A DNA stretch of 63,999 nucleotides, the filler included, from Basidiobolus ranarum (Eukaryota): the NCBI GenBank assembly GCA_040143965.1. It is 20 parts of 20 records of this genome, joined end to end, with 100 filler letters (N's around TTAATTAATTAA, not from the genome) between each part and the next. Parts side by side here need not be neighbours in the genome. Positions count along the whole stretch, not along the records: positions 48,192 to 51,291 come from JASJQH010002729.1; positions 51,392 to 54,490 come from JASJQH010002730.1; positions 54,591 to 57,689 come from JASJQH010002731.1; positions 57,790 to 60,887 come from JASJQH010002732.1; positions 60,988 to 63,999 come from JASJQH010002793.1; 15 more parts are not named here. The stretch is one strand, 5' to 3'. This document shows positions 49,432 to 61,766 of the stretch, piece by piece. Within the stretch, counting starts at the first letter, position 1. Each line of letters opens with the position of its first letter. A program made the position numbers and the translations under genes. The notes under the pieces were generated by a model. That model saw only the letters and a list, made by a program, of their open reading frames with translations. It was not told the origin of the DNA and did not search any database.

Positions 49432-49763
49432 TATTAATATTAGCTTTGCTTAAGCAACTTTATAGTCATATATAGTTTATTACTTGGTTATCTTATATTT
49501 TACTAAGATATTATGCATTGTTCTCAATTGGAATTTACTTAGAATATTGACACCAACTTGGAAGTTCTCAGATATAGAGATTTTTCAAACTTGTGCTAGA
49601 AGCCCTAAACTTTGTACACATATTCCTGAGACATTCCTGAACACATTCTACACATTAGTTTGCTTACATCTTGACAAAACTATAAATGTCAACTTTCCAC
49701 TCAATAGATCAATATGTGAAAACTATCAAGTTCTCTAATTCTCCTAACCCAAGTACTTTAACA
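49432..49763 (+). mobile_element. Solo LTR, family A (diverged)
   Basis: Homologous to 18097-18442. Confidence 0.85.
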
Positions 49764-52074
49764 ATTGACATGCTCTCAAGTACTTCTACAATAACCACAC
49801 TTAACAGCAGGTAAGCCTACTATAAATAATAAAGGGTGTTGAACCAATAGATGATATGTATAAGCTACATGGTTACTAAGACTAAGGATTCAGAGCCAAA
49901 GGGTAAATGGGGGATCTTATAAGCTGTAACATTACTTACTGTTTACAAAGTGCTGAGCTCACAAACCAGTGTTAACAGGAATGGTGCCAAGAAGTAATTA
50001 GTTTGGAAAACACTCAAAACAAATTCTACAAATTGATAAATATTACTGACAAATGACAATGAGCATTGGAAATTCTTGAAATGGAATTTATAAAGCCCCA
50101 AACACTACTAGCAAATAATAAGGTGTATAGAGCCAAAAATAATGTAACCTTCTCTATTACAATCAAAACATAAACCTCTCCAAGCTTTACATGATGACCT
50201 GTTTATTGAACACATACAGGAAACACAATGCCCAAAAATATACCAAGAAGTCACCAAGCAATGCTGCTTATGATTTGTAATGACACAAATACACACTTGA
50301 TTTTGTGGGTTAGATGAAGAATAGGATTTGAATTCAAGCTCAATTTCAGCAAAAGGTTCCCTTGTTGGAGAAGAAGATTCTCAACAAGAATTCCTTGGAT
50401 TTCCAGCAATGTGTAACAAATCAATTGATATTATTGGTTATAGCCAAGATTCCATCCAGATATTGATGACTGGTTACATGTATACAGGTAATCAGGATGT
50501 TACCATTATATTAGCATTGAACCATAGTATTTTATCAGTGACAAGTGATCAATATTGTGCAATAAATGTATGCATTCAGTAAAATTGTAGTTATCAATTG
50601 TACATGAGAGATTGAAGAAACCCTGTTTGTTACTTTGATAGCAATGCTAATGTAGAACAAAATGGAGTATTTCACACTGATAACATTGAGCTATTGATCA
50701 ATGCTTTGTCATCTATTAATTTATTGGAATTGAGATATATCATTCACTCACTTACTAAGTTCTTTGATTTTTAAATAACATTGTGAGCTGATGTGGAACT
50801 CATGGTAGGACTGACAAATAACTCATCTTATGCTTTTCCAAGTATAGTACTTCAAGCAGAGACTATTTTTGTGTCTATAGAAATGCATACCTTAATATAA
50901 ATGGATGGTCAGTTGCTTAAAATTATCATATACATGGAGAATTCAGCTATACCTATGTGAGAAATCTGGCTGTACATTAGGCTGCATTGTTATATACACT
51001 ATGGATCATAGGTAAGAGAAATGCTTGGGTTTTATTATTTATTGAAGTATTGATTGAATGCCCTGTTGCTTTGTCTGCTTGATGTAATATATTGCATATG
51101 TTTTTATATAAAATTTGTATGATAAGTGAGAGAAATGCTATGATTTTCTAATTAAAGCATTTACTGAATGCCATTTTACCTTGTCTGACTGTTGTATTAT
51201 ATTGTGGCACTCAGAGTAGCTTGCTGTCCTTTGAATATATAGATAACATGGTTAGGACAAAATGTGCATTAATCTCACTACTTGTAAAACTNNNNNNNNN
51301 NNNNNNNNNNNNNNNNNNNNNNNNNNNNNNNNNNNTTAATTAATTAANNNNNNNNNNNNNNNNNNNNNNNNNNNNNNNNNNNNNNNNNNNNAAGCCACTA
51401 TATTCTTTTGTCGGGCACCAGCATATTATTCAACAGAAAGCTGGACATTGCATTGTGGTTTATCAGTCCTTAGACATTTCTAGAGGCTTGATTTCCTTTC
51501 ACAAAGACCCAAGAGGCAAGAGAAAGACCCATATTACAGTACATCCCAGAGTTATTCAACCGTGGTTATCACACCCTTTGGACACCTCACAAAAGCCTTA
51601 CAATATTGCAGTTATAGTTGCTGCTTACACCCTAAAACAACTACACCAGCATTATTGAATGTCATCTAAATTATTCAACAATTCTTTATTTAGCTAGCCT
51701 GTTGATTGGCTTATGGCTTTATGAGGTTAAATATGTTGGCATGTCATTATTTATACTTCTTAGGCTGCATATTCTAGCCACAATGTGAATCTAAAAAAAC
51801 TGGCATCCTATTGTGCTTGGTCTCTATATAGTAACATAATTGACCAATTAGACATATTTCTACAATATCAACATGCTTTCACATCCAACTGATGGTGGAA
51901 AATATATTAAGCATCTGAAATTTGGAGTGGCAGTGGCAATTCACAAATAGATGATTTTGCTACCACCAGCATTAAGAATAAGCTCCTTTATTTATGCAAA
52001 TTTTTGTAACGTACTCAGCCTGAATATCCATGACTTGCAATCATCAAATGTACTAAAACAAGTGGAAGTGTCAC

Positions 52075-54055
52075 TATTAAAGTATTTGGGTGCCTATTGG
52101 AAGTGGTTTGCAAAATCAGAGAAATCAATGGTTTTCATTTATGATTTTGAGTTAGAAATGCAACATTTATAGTTTTGTAAAGATGTAAATGAACTAACAT
52201 GAAACATATGTTGAGAAAGGGCCCAGCAAAGTGTGTGCAAAGCTTAGGGCTTCTGGCACAAGTTTTAAAAAATCTATATATCTGAGAGCTTCTAAGTTGG
52301 TAAAAGTGTCCTAAGTTCGAGTTAAGAATAATGGGTAATATCATAATGAAATGTACAACAGCTAAGTAATAAGCTATATATGGCTATATAGGCTCTTAGG
52401 CAATGCCAATTTCAACATTCTCTCTCAACTGAATAGTCATATAAACAATTCCTAAGGAAGATCTAAATTTCTCAAATTTTGATCCAGGAAATGATTTAAT
52501 TGATGTATCTGCAATCATGTCTTCAATAGGGCTATAAATTAAGTCAATACACCTGCTCTCTAAAGTCTCTCTAATTGAATGATGTCTAATATCTATATGC
52601 TTGCTTTTAATAAGAAAATGGGATTTTCTGCCAATTTGATATCACTTTGATTATGTTAAAATGTTGCAGTAAATGAAGTTTGAGAATAACCTAAATCTGT
52701 TGAAAGTTTTCTTAATATATTGCTTCTTTTGTTGCTTCACATGCAGCTATGATTCAGCCTCTGCTGTTATGAGCACAAAAATCTCACAAAATATGCTATA
52801 TCCAGCTATGTTTCAACTAAGTTATACATTGACCTACCACCCATTGATTGACAAGGAAATTTCTTGCTTCTATTTGAATCTAAAAATATCTGATTTAAGC
52901 CATTTGGGTCAAGTTAGGATTTGTATCCATTGGGGTAAAAGATGGAGTACATTCTTCCATTTAGAGCTTATTTAGTATATCTAGGATATACTTACACTGG
53001 TTTAATTTAATTGTTTGGTAGTTGTATTAATTTTAATTTGAATTCCAAGATAGCTCATCATTTCACCACAATCAGTCATTTTGAATTGGCAGATAAGCTG
53101 GATATGGTTCTCCCTAAAGATGTCAAGGTATTGGTTGCAATAATAAGGCCTTCTACATATCAGGCTAATAAAGTGTAGGTTTGTCTTATCTTGCCTGAAG
53201 TAGATATAACAGTCAGCACTACTCTTTTGGTATATAGGTGCTTCCAAAAAAGCATCTATGTTGCTATTGCAAGCTTTTAGAGATTGCTTTAAGCCATACA
53301 GTGTGTACTGGAGCCTACTAACTTTTTTATTGTGTTCTGGGTCCACAAATCCATCTGGCCGGTTCATATAGATCTCCTCACCAAGCTCACCATGCATAAA
53401 AGCAGTTTAACCATCCATTTGATTTATGATAACCGGCAGCCCAGCTGACATTGCTGAAATCAATATATTTGAGTTAAACTCTGCTACATTAGCAAAAGTT
53501 TCTAGATGATCAATTCCTGGGGCTTGGGAATTGAATTTGACTCCTAGTCCAGCCTTGTACCTTTCAATATCACCATCAGAGTTATATTTAACCTCAAATA
53601 CCTGATGTCAGTGAATTGATTTTGAATCATCAGGTAAGTTAGTGAAAATTCAGCTTTGACTATCCATTAAGGCCTGGTACTCATCAGCCGTTGCATATCT
53701 CCAAAATTTCTTGTGGGGTCATTTAGGGCCTCTTTTACAGTCTTGAGTTCATGTTATTGAGCTGTGCAGGCATAGGTCCAATTATGAGACTCATAGATAT
53801 GGTAATCATGGCGATTTCTAATTTGATTAGATCACATGGTATAGGATGAAGATACTACAACTTCTGGCATTTTATTGGGCACTTCAGCTGGCAGAATCTT
53901 GGTTGAAAGGTCCACAGGAAAGCTGCTCTCTTCATTGTTTTGATTTGAATTAGTTTGAACAATTGGATTGGGAGGATTTTGATTTTCATCATCTTTCATC
54001 TTCATCAAACAAAACATCCCTGAACTTTATTGATTTTAAATTTTGGTATCATAAA
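52075..54055 (-). mobile_element. Copia RT-RNase H remnant, PPT and 3' LTR family A (52417-52075)
   Basis: HGELGEEIYMNRPDGF, LYGLKQS and KHIDIRHHSIRE. PPT TTGAGAGAGAA abuts TGTTGAAATTGGC. Confidence 0.9.
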
Positions 54056-54121
54056 GTCTGTAGGCCTTAGAACAGAGAAACTTGTGGTTTTAAAACTTCC
54101 CCTCCCAACACAGTAAGTATT

Positions 54122-54490
54122 ATGTCTACACCAGCCCCCACAATGGAAGATATTATGTGAGCTCTTACTCAGCTCCAGCAAGAAAATCAAGAACTTCGTA
54201 CTTCTATTGCTCAAGTACAGAATCCAGCCCCACCCAACTATACTGCAAATCCAACTCCTGAACCCAAAATCTCCTTACCAAATAAGTTTGATGGCACTTG
54301 CCAAAACTATCGTGGTTTTATTAACCAAGTAAAGCTCATCATCCAGTTACATCCCCATCGCTACCCCTCTGACCAAACAAGAGTAGGCTTAGTAGGAACA
54401 CTATTATCAGGAACAGCTCTATCTTGGTTTGCCCCTTTGATGGAAAGTCAATCTCCACTACTTTCAAACTTCCTTGCCTTTCTTGCTGAA
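54122..54490 (+). mobile_element. Ty3/Gypsy (chromovirus, Tcn1-like) gag with one premature stop, 3'-truncated
   Basis: MSTPAPTMEDIM*ALTQLQQENQELR...EPKISLPNKFDGTCQNYRGFINQVKLIIQLHPHRYPSDQTRVGLVGTLLSGTALSWFAPLME, a Retrotrans_gag/PEG10-like capsid pattern. Confidence 0.85.
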
Positions 54491-54590
54491 NNNNNNNNNN
54501 NNNNNNNNNNNNNNNNNNNNNNNNNNNNNNNNNNTTAATTAATTAANNNNNNNNNNNNNNNNNNNNNNNNNNNNNNNNNNNNNNNNNNNN

Positions 54591-56766
54591 TGTCTTTGAT
54601 GGATTAAAGACCCATAGACTGTTTGATACCAAAAATTAGAAGTTAATTAAGTGTGGAGATGTGATTTTGATGTAAAAGCAAGCTTTCCACCACAAATCAT
54701 AGTTGTTGATCCAGAAAAGACAATCAGCACTATTGACAAAGTGTCTGATGAGATTTCAGCAATAGCTGAGCCCTATTCTACCAAAGTTCCAGTCCCAATT
54801 ACATTACAGGATGATTCAGGATCCAGAAGCTCATTCAGAATGAGAAGTAAGCCAGGAAACTGGTGCACAGTTCCAATGATGATGTATATGCTTATGCAGC
54901 ATTCTATGACAAACCACAGACTATGCATTAAGCTCTGGAATGTCCAGAATCAAAATTATGGAAAAAAACAATGTCTGATGAGTTTTCTTCACTTCAGGCC
55001 AATAAAGCATGGGCTCTAAATGCTCTACCATCAGGGAGAAAGCCAATAGGTTGCAAATGTGTCTACAAAGTCAATACCAAGCTGATGGAAGCACATTGAA
55101 AGGTCAAAGCAAGATTAGTTGCAAAAGCATATTCCCAAACACCAGGAGCTGATTTTAAGAATGTGGTTGCTCCATTAGCTAAGTGTAGCTCCATTAGATC
55201 AATCCTGGTACTTTCAGCATCTATAACCTTGACTTATATCAAATGGATGGAAAGACAGCAATTCTGAATGGAAATCTAGAAGAAGGGAACAATATGCAGC
55301 AACCAGATGGATTTGTTGAACCAAGACACCCAGATATGGTTTGTAAACTGCAAACTGCTATATGGACTCCAGCAAACACCCAGGGCATGATACAACAATA
55401 TCAATACCTATTTGGAATCACTAGAATTCCAAAAATGCTCAGCAGATCACAGTATTTACATTAAAACAGCTGGAAATAGGATTCTTGCCTTGGCACTATA
55501 TGTGGATGACTTGACCTTAGCCACAAATGATCTAGAAGCATGTAATCAGACAGATTACAGCTTATTGAACCAATTTCAGATGACTGAAATGGATGAATTA
55601 AGTTATTTTCTTGGAATCCAAATCAATAGAGACAAACTCAATTGGATAATCTTGCTGAATCAGTCTAGATACATCTTAGAGAACCTAAAAAGGCTTCAAC
55701 ATGGAGAATACAACGCCTGTATCAACACCAATGGATCCCAATGTGAAATTAAACAAATTCTCATCCAATTTGTCCCAAAATGACTCAAATCAAAGCCAGG
55801 AGTTCCCTTATCAATCCATGGTGGGTAGTTTTATGTATACAATCATTGGAACATGTCCAGACCATGCTGTAGCAGTAGCAACTGTCAGCCAATATCTCAA
55901 CAAACTAGGATCTGCACACAACACTGCAGTAAAACAGTTATTTGGGCATTTGCAAGGAACTGTAGATCTAGCTCTAGAATATTCTGCCACTCCTGATGCA
56001 CAAATTCTTGAAGGCTACAGTGATGCAGACTGGGGAAGAAATCTTGATGATAGAAGATTGACAACTTGGTACACAATTCTCTATGATAACGGAGCTATAG
56101 CTTGGAATTGTATGAAGCAACCAACCATAGCACTTTCCACTACAGAAGCAGAGTTTATGGCTGCCTCTGCACTACACAAGAAGCTATGTGGTTAAGGAAG
56201 TAATTTACAGACTTGGGATACATGCAAAAATGTGCTATTACTGTATTTGAAGAAAATCAAAGTTGTATTTCATTAGCTAAAAACCCTACATCTCATGCTA
56301 GAAAAAATATATAGTTATTAGGTATCATTTTGTCAGAGAGGCAACAGAGAATAATATGATTGAACTTGTCTATTGCCCTGCTGAAGAATTGATAGCTGAC
56401 ATCTTAACCAAACCTTTTGCAAAAGCACAATTTGTTTGTTTATTATTCAGTAGTTAGTGTATTATTATTATGATTCTTGAGTACTCAACTCTGTAACTCA
56501 AAAACGCGTGTTTATTGCTCTAATTGATTCAAATGTCAATTAGATTACTTTTACCAATTTTCACTATTTTCACAAATCTTCTCCAAATCACCTCAAATTT
56601 CCACCCATGCTTAACAGGCATGTTTGTTATGATCTAAGCACATCCAATGGTCCAATTTCATATTAAACTATAATTAAGACATATTCCATTCAATAAAACT
56701 TAAGTGTCTAATTTGCAAGTACAAATCTTGTCCAAAACATTTCCAACTCCCCTAAGCACTTTTGTT
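54591..56766 (+). mobile_element. Copia RT-RNase H remnant with truncated LTR-B (about 56436-56766)
   Basis: LALYVDDL, EGYSDADWG and ALSTTEAEFMAA. The downstream sequence matches LTR-B. Confidence 0.92.
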
Positions 56767-56769
56767 GGT

Positions 56770-57141
56770 AGGTGTCTGAGATCTACCAATGTGAAATGAT
56801 GCTGTAAGAACATATTAACATTGTTGCAAAACAACTCATAATGTTGCAATACTTCTCAGGTTGAAATTTTTTCAAGATTCTACTTGAAAATATACAAATC
56901 CAAAACTTCTAGTCCTGGCTTTTGAATCAATGCCTAGAAGAGTGGATATTGATTGAAGTCCTGGTAAAATATGATGATATCTTGATGTTTTCATGTATTT
57001 TCCCAATTGATTCAGACTTTGATGCAATCTCAAATGGCTTATTTGTATTCAATTTTTCACTAAATAGCCAAGTAAGTAGTATTGGCATTTTGTTGAATAG
57101 TAAGTGCATAATGCCTACTGGGAAGCTCTGTCTCCAGTTAA
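56770..57141 (-). mobile_element. CMC/EnSpm transposase fragment
   Basis: Homologous to 15250-15620 (MHLLFN.., INIHSSRH). Confidence 0.85.
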
Positions 57142-57689
57142 TAGACTTGTTCCATTTTATTGAGTCTGATCAGGCCAGCTAAAATGTGTGCCAGCACAAA
57201 TTGGCATGATTGGGCACTATCCGGCATGATGTTATTTACCATTTTGGATACAGTTTATTGAACTTATGTGGTATATTTAAGAAAAGTAGTTTTAGACATT
57301 ATTGCACATTCAAAAGATGATGAAAGCCTGATTCATAGTGTCTTAAGTCTAGATCTCTCAATGGATATTTTTGAGTATGAATGTATTGAGAATTAATCAA
57401 GATTTTGACTACTTTGCCTAACTTTGATTGAGGCCTACAAAATGATTTTCTTCTATACCTCTCTGCTACAATGCTATATCTCTTTAGGAAACCAAACCTA
57501 TGTTCTACTCTTGCTCTAAAATGGGTAAAAATGTCATTGTAAAGCTTTTGCCTCTCTATGAGTATCCCTCCTCTGGGCCTCTTGTTAGCAATGACACATC
57601 CTAGCCTTCAGCATTCTTCCCTAACATATGCCATATCGGACATAGTCTTCTCATATCTTACTAATGGTGCATGCCTCTCAACCCCAAGC
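57142..57689 (-). mobile_element. DDE_Tnp_4 (IS5/ISL2/PIF-Harbinger superfamily) transposase C-terminus and 3' TIR
   Basis: My translation of 57688-57299: ..EKTMSDMAYVREEC*RLGCVIANKRPRGGILIERQKLYNDIFTHFRARVEHRFGFLKRYSIVAERYR..; TIR TAGACTTGTTCCATT at 57142. Confidence 0.8.
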
Positions 57690-57789
57690 NNNNNNNNNNN
57701 NNNNNNNNNNNNNNNNNNNNNNNNNNNNNNNNNTTAATTAATTAANNNNNNNNNNNNNNNNNNNNNNNNNNNNNNNNNNNNNNNNNNNN

Positions 57790-59783
57790 AATTGCCTAGT
57801 ACCAGCTCAAAAAGCTTTAAATTGGAACCTAAAAGCACAAAATACATATTTCATGGATCCTGTGATGGATCTATAGCCTTCAGACTGGTTGATGCTGAAA
57901 ATAAGAAGTTAGTTAAGTGCAGAGATGCCATTTCTGAAGAAAAGGTCACTTTCCAACCAAAATAACACTTCTTAATCATGAAAACACAATTAGCACTATC
58001 CAGGATGTGTTTGGCAATGTTCCAGCTGTATCTGCGCCCAGTTAAACCAAATTTCCAGTTTCAGTTACATCAAAGGAGGTTTAGCATCTAGAAGATCATC
58101 TACAGTGAGAAAGAAGCCAAGGAACAGGTGGAAAACTTCCAATAATGATGTTGATGCTTTGCAGCATGCTGTGACCAGCCACAGACTCTGGATCAAGCAC
58201 CAGGATTGGCAGAATCAGAATTATGGGAAAAAGAAATGTCTGATGAGTTTTTGTTACTTCAGGACATTAATAAATGAGTATTAAGTTCCCTACCATCAGG
58301 AAAAATGCTAATTGGTTGCAAATGGGTCTATAAGGTCAAAAATTGAGCTGATGGAACCATAGAAAGTCACTAAGCAAGATTAATTGTAAAAGGTTATTCC
58401 CAGTTGAATTACATATAACCTTTACTCCAGTAGCTACATTTGGCCCCACTAGATCAATCCTGGCACTCTCGGCCATCCATAACTTTTATTAGTATTGAAA
58501 GTTTGAAGAAACAGTCTTTCTAAATGGAGATCAAAAAGAAGAGATCTATATAGGGCACCTAGATGGATTTGTGGACTTAAAACACCCTGATATGGTCTGT
58601 ATATTGCAAAAAATTGCTTTGCAGACTCAAACAGCACCCATAGCATGGTGCAACAAGATAGATACCTGTTTGGAAGCACTGGAATTCCAAAAATCCACAG
58701 CAGATCTCAGTTTTCATGTCAGAACAACTAGAATTAGGATCCTTATCTTGGCACTATATTTGGATGACTTTTTCATAGCCACAATTAATCTAGAATCACT
58801 TAATCAAATCAAAGCAGCCTATCAAGTGAACTTCAGATAGCTGATATGGGTGAATTAAGTTCTCTTCATGGAATCCTAGTCAAGAGAGATACATTTAGAG
58901 AGAAAATGATGGTGAAGGAGTTTAGGTACAACCTTGACATCCTTAAGCACTTCAACCTGAAGAATAGCAAGCCTGTATCAATACTAATGGATTCCATTGT
59001 AAAATAGTTCAAAACTTCATCCAATATGGCCCAAAATGACTCAAATCAAAGCCAGGAGTTCCCTTATCCATCAATGGTGGGATGTTCACTATAAAGAGTG
59101 GTTTGAACACATTGAGACATTGCTGTGGCAGTGGGAACTCTCAGCCAATATCTCAAAAATCCATGATTGGAGCACAAAACTGCAGCAAGATAAATATTCA
59201 GGTATTTGGGAGGAATTGTTGATTGGGTTCTGGAATACTCTGGCACTCCAGATGCACAATATTTTGAAGGCTATAAGGACTTGGGAAGAAACCTTGATGA
59301 TAGAAGATCAACAACTGGGTATACTTTTCTCTATGGTATGGAGCCATAACTTGGAGTGGTAAGAAGCAACCAACCATAGCACTTTCCACCACAGAAGCAG
59401 AGTATATGGCCATCTCTGCTACTACACAAGAACTATGTGATTAAGGAAGTTATTTACAGACTCAGGATACATGCAAAGATTTGTTATCACTGTATTTTAA
59501 GCTAATCAAATTTGTATTTTGTGATCTAAAAATCCTACACTTCATGCTAGAACAAAGCATATAGATATTAGGCATGATTTTGTTTGAGAAGCAATAGAGA
59601 ATGATAAAATTGAACTTGTCAATTACCCTACTAAAGAAATGATTGCTGATATCTTGACCAAATCTTTAGCTATAGCACAGTTTGAATTATTGAGATAACA
59701 GTTAGGTTTAAGAGAAATACAAAATATTTAGTTGAGTAGGAATGTTGAAATTAGGTAAATAGCACACATTATTTAGTAGTTAG
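57790..59783 (+). mobile_element. Copia family B RT-RNase H, PPT and start of 3' LTR (59743-59783)
   Basis: LALYLDDF, ALSTTEAEYMA and HARTKHIDIRH. TTGAGTAGGAA is followed by TGTTGAAATTAGG. Confidence 0.92.
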
Positions 59784-60353
59784 TAGACTTGTTCCATTGG
59801 GCCAGGTCAGATTATGCTGCTTGATCCAGCCTGCTGTCACACCATCTGGCACAATGTGGCAATTACCATGGCTAGGTCCTATAACACTTGATTGGACACC
59901 ATAAGGAATGATATGGCACAATCCCATCACAATTAGACACAATAACTATTTTGGAGATATTGTGCCATCCCAAACCAAGTTATCCAATTTAGTATTGCCA
60001 AATTAAGATTTTGGGTAAGTGACATAGCAAGTTCATCACCTAGTTTGTAACTTACCAATTACTGATTGTGTAACAATAAACAATTTATACTGTGCCTTAC
60101 CCAATAAAACGTATAACCAAGATATTCACATGTTTTAGGCCAATCATTTGTCCCTCACTAAGAAGATATCCTGCTTTTCAATTGGGCCAAACAGCTCCTG
60201 CATTATGAAACACCTGTAGTTCTGGCACACTGGTGACAAATCACAGCGCTTGAAGATGGATCAATCTGCAGTATGCTAGTAATGATCAGGATTCCTTGAT
60301 TCATCATTTTTAGATCAGCAAATTATTCATTCACTCATGTAAGCTTCTAATTG
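59784..60353 (+). mobile_element. 5' end of the DDE_Tnp_4-type transposon, inserted in LTR-B
   Basis: Begins TAGACTTGTTCCATT, then diverges from the other end. Homologous to 5755-6310 (reverse complement). Confidence 0.78.
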
Positions 60354-60887
60354 AAAACTTTATTACAGGCTTAAAGAAGATAGACTGAATCTATGCTGGT
60401 ATTCAATCCATTCCCTGCTGCATCTTTTGCAATGCTTAGAGATTATAGGCCATTGCTATACATTCTAGGAGTTCTCAATGAAGCACACCTGTGGTGAAAT
60501 GATGCTCTGTGTGAAGTTGTCAGTATTACTGTATGCTAATCTGATTAACAATATATCAGCTAAGTCAGCAATGGATGTAATGTGAGAGGGTAAGGAGACT
60601 GCAGAGTATATTAACCTTCCAACAAAGGGCTCTTTTTGATGTGCTCACAGGTTTTCACATTGTTTGAGCACAATAACAGCCACAAAGCCCAATCCATGGA
60701 CACAGAATATATACCTCTATAGTTCAGACAAATTTGTTTGTGTAATAGTCTGATGGTATTTTTAGGAAAGCTGCAAGACAGACTTCTTGGTGAGATAGAT
60801 CAAGATACACAGTATCATTGTTCTAGCCATGGGGTATTCTATTTAAGCAATGACACATCTACTTGTGGCAGGACATTTATTGGATGC
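60354..60887 (+). mobile_element. CMC/EnSpm transposase fragment
   Basis: Reverse-complement homology to 14680-15212. Confidence 0.88.
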
Positions 60888-60987
60888 NNNNNNNNNNNNN
60901 NNNNNNNNNNNNNNNNNNNNNNNNNNNNNNNTTAATTAATTAANNNNNNNNNNNNNNNNNNNNNNNNNNNNNNNNNNNNNNNNNNNN

Positions 60988-61766
60988 CAATTAATCAGGA
61001 AATCTTGCCAGTAAGCTGGGTCCTCTCCAGAATATTCGTCGAGTTCCATATTTACCCATCTCCAGCTTGTAAAACCGGCAGTTCGCAAAGCCCAATCATA
61101 TGTCTCAAATGACCACCAAAAAATATCAAATGTAACAACCGACTCATCTGAGTTAAACAGTTCGTATCTGAGCAAGTCTTGCTCCTTCCTGGGAGAGTTT
61201 TCATTCACCATGGTTTTAAGTAAGCTGTACTTCTTCACTTTCTTCTCCATATCTGTGGTGTATTTGTTTGGATCATCACCCGGGTTATCGTTGAGAGCAA
61301 CCAGTTTACCACCCTCTTTAAGGTTGGCAGCAATTACTTGACAAAATTTCAACAATTCTTCCCGGGTATGCGCATAGCATAAAAGGTATGTGGCAGCAAC
61401 AACATCAAACTTCGGTAGTTGATCAACTGGTTCAGTTGTCGACATATTAGCCACGTCGGAGATTTTGTATTGTATGCGACCTTTGCGCAGAGAATCTTGG
61501 GCTTCCTTACTTTTAGCCATATCTAACATAGATTTGGAGATATCTACACCATAAACAAAGGATGCTTTCATTTCATCTCTAAATACGCGGCTATAGTAGC
61601 CATCTCCACAAGCTAGGTCTAACACCCAACTGTTGGTCATCGAACTTCCAATTAACTTCACTAGGGTTGCCTTCTCCACCAAGTGTCGAAACGGAAGCTC
61701 CTTTGACTTCGTATATTCGCTTGCAATTGCATCATATGCAGCATAAGATTCAACTACTACAGTCAT
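60988..61766 (-). CDS. Class I SAM-dependent methyltransferase, ToxA-like (last few codons cut by contig start)
   Basis: Intronless ORF of about 259 codons with VLDLACGDG, GVDISKSML, DVAN, FDVVAATYLLCYA, LKEGGKLVA, WSFETYDWALRTAGF and a C-terminal YWQDF. Confidence 0.9.

Noticed and set aside
59784-59800. hAT assignment based on the TAG terminus and GGCAC subterminal repeats
   Set aside because: The transposase linked to the same TIR at 57142 has DDE_Tnp_4 motifs, not hAT motifs.
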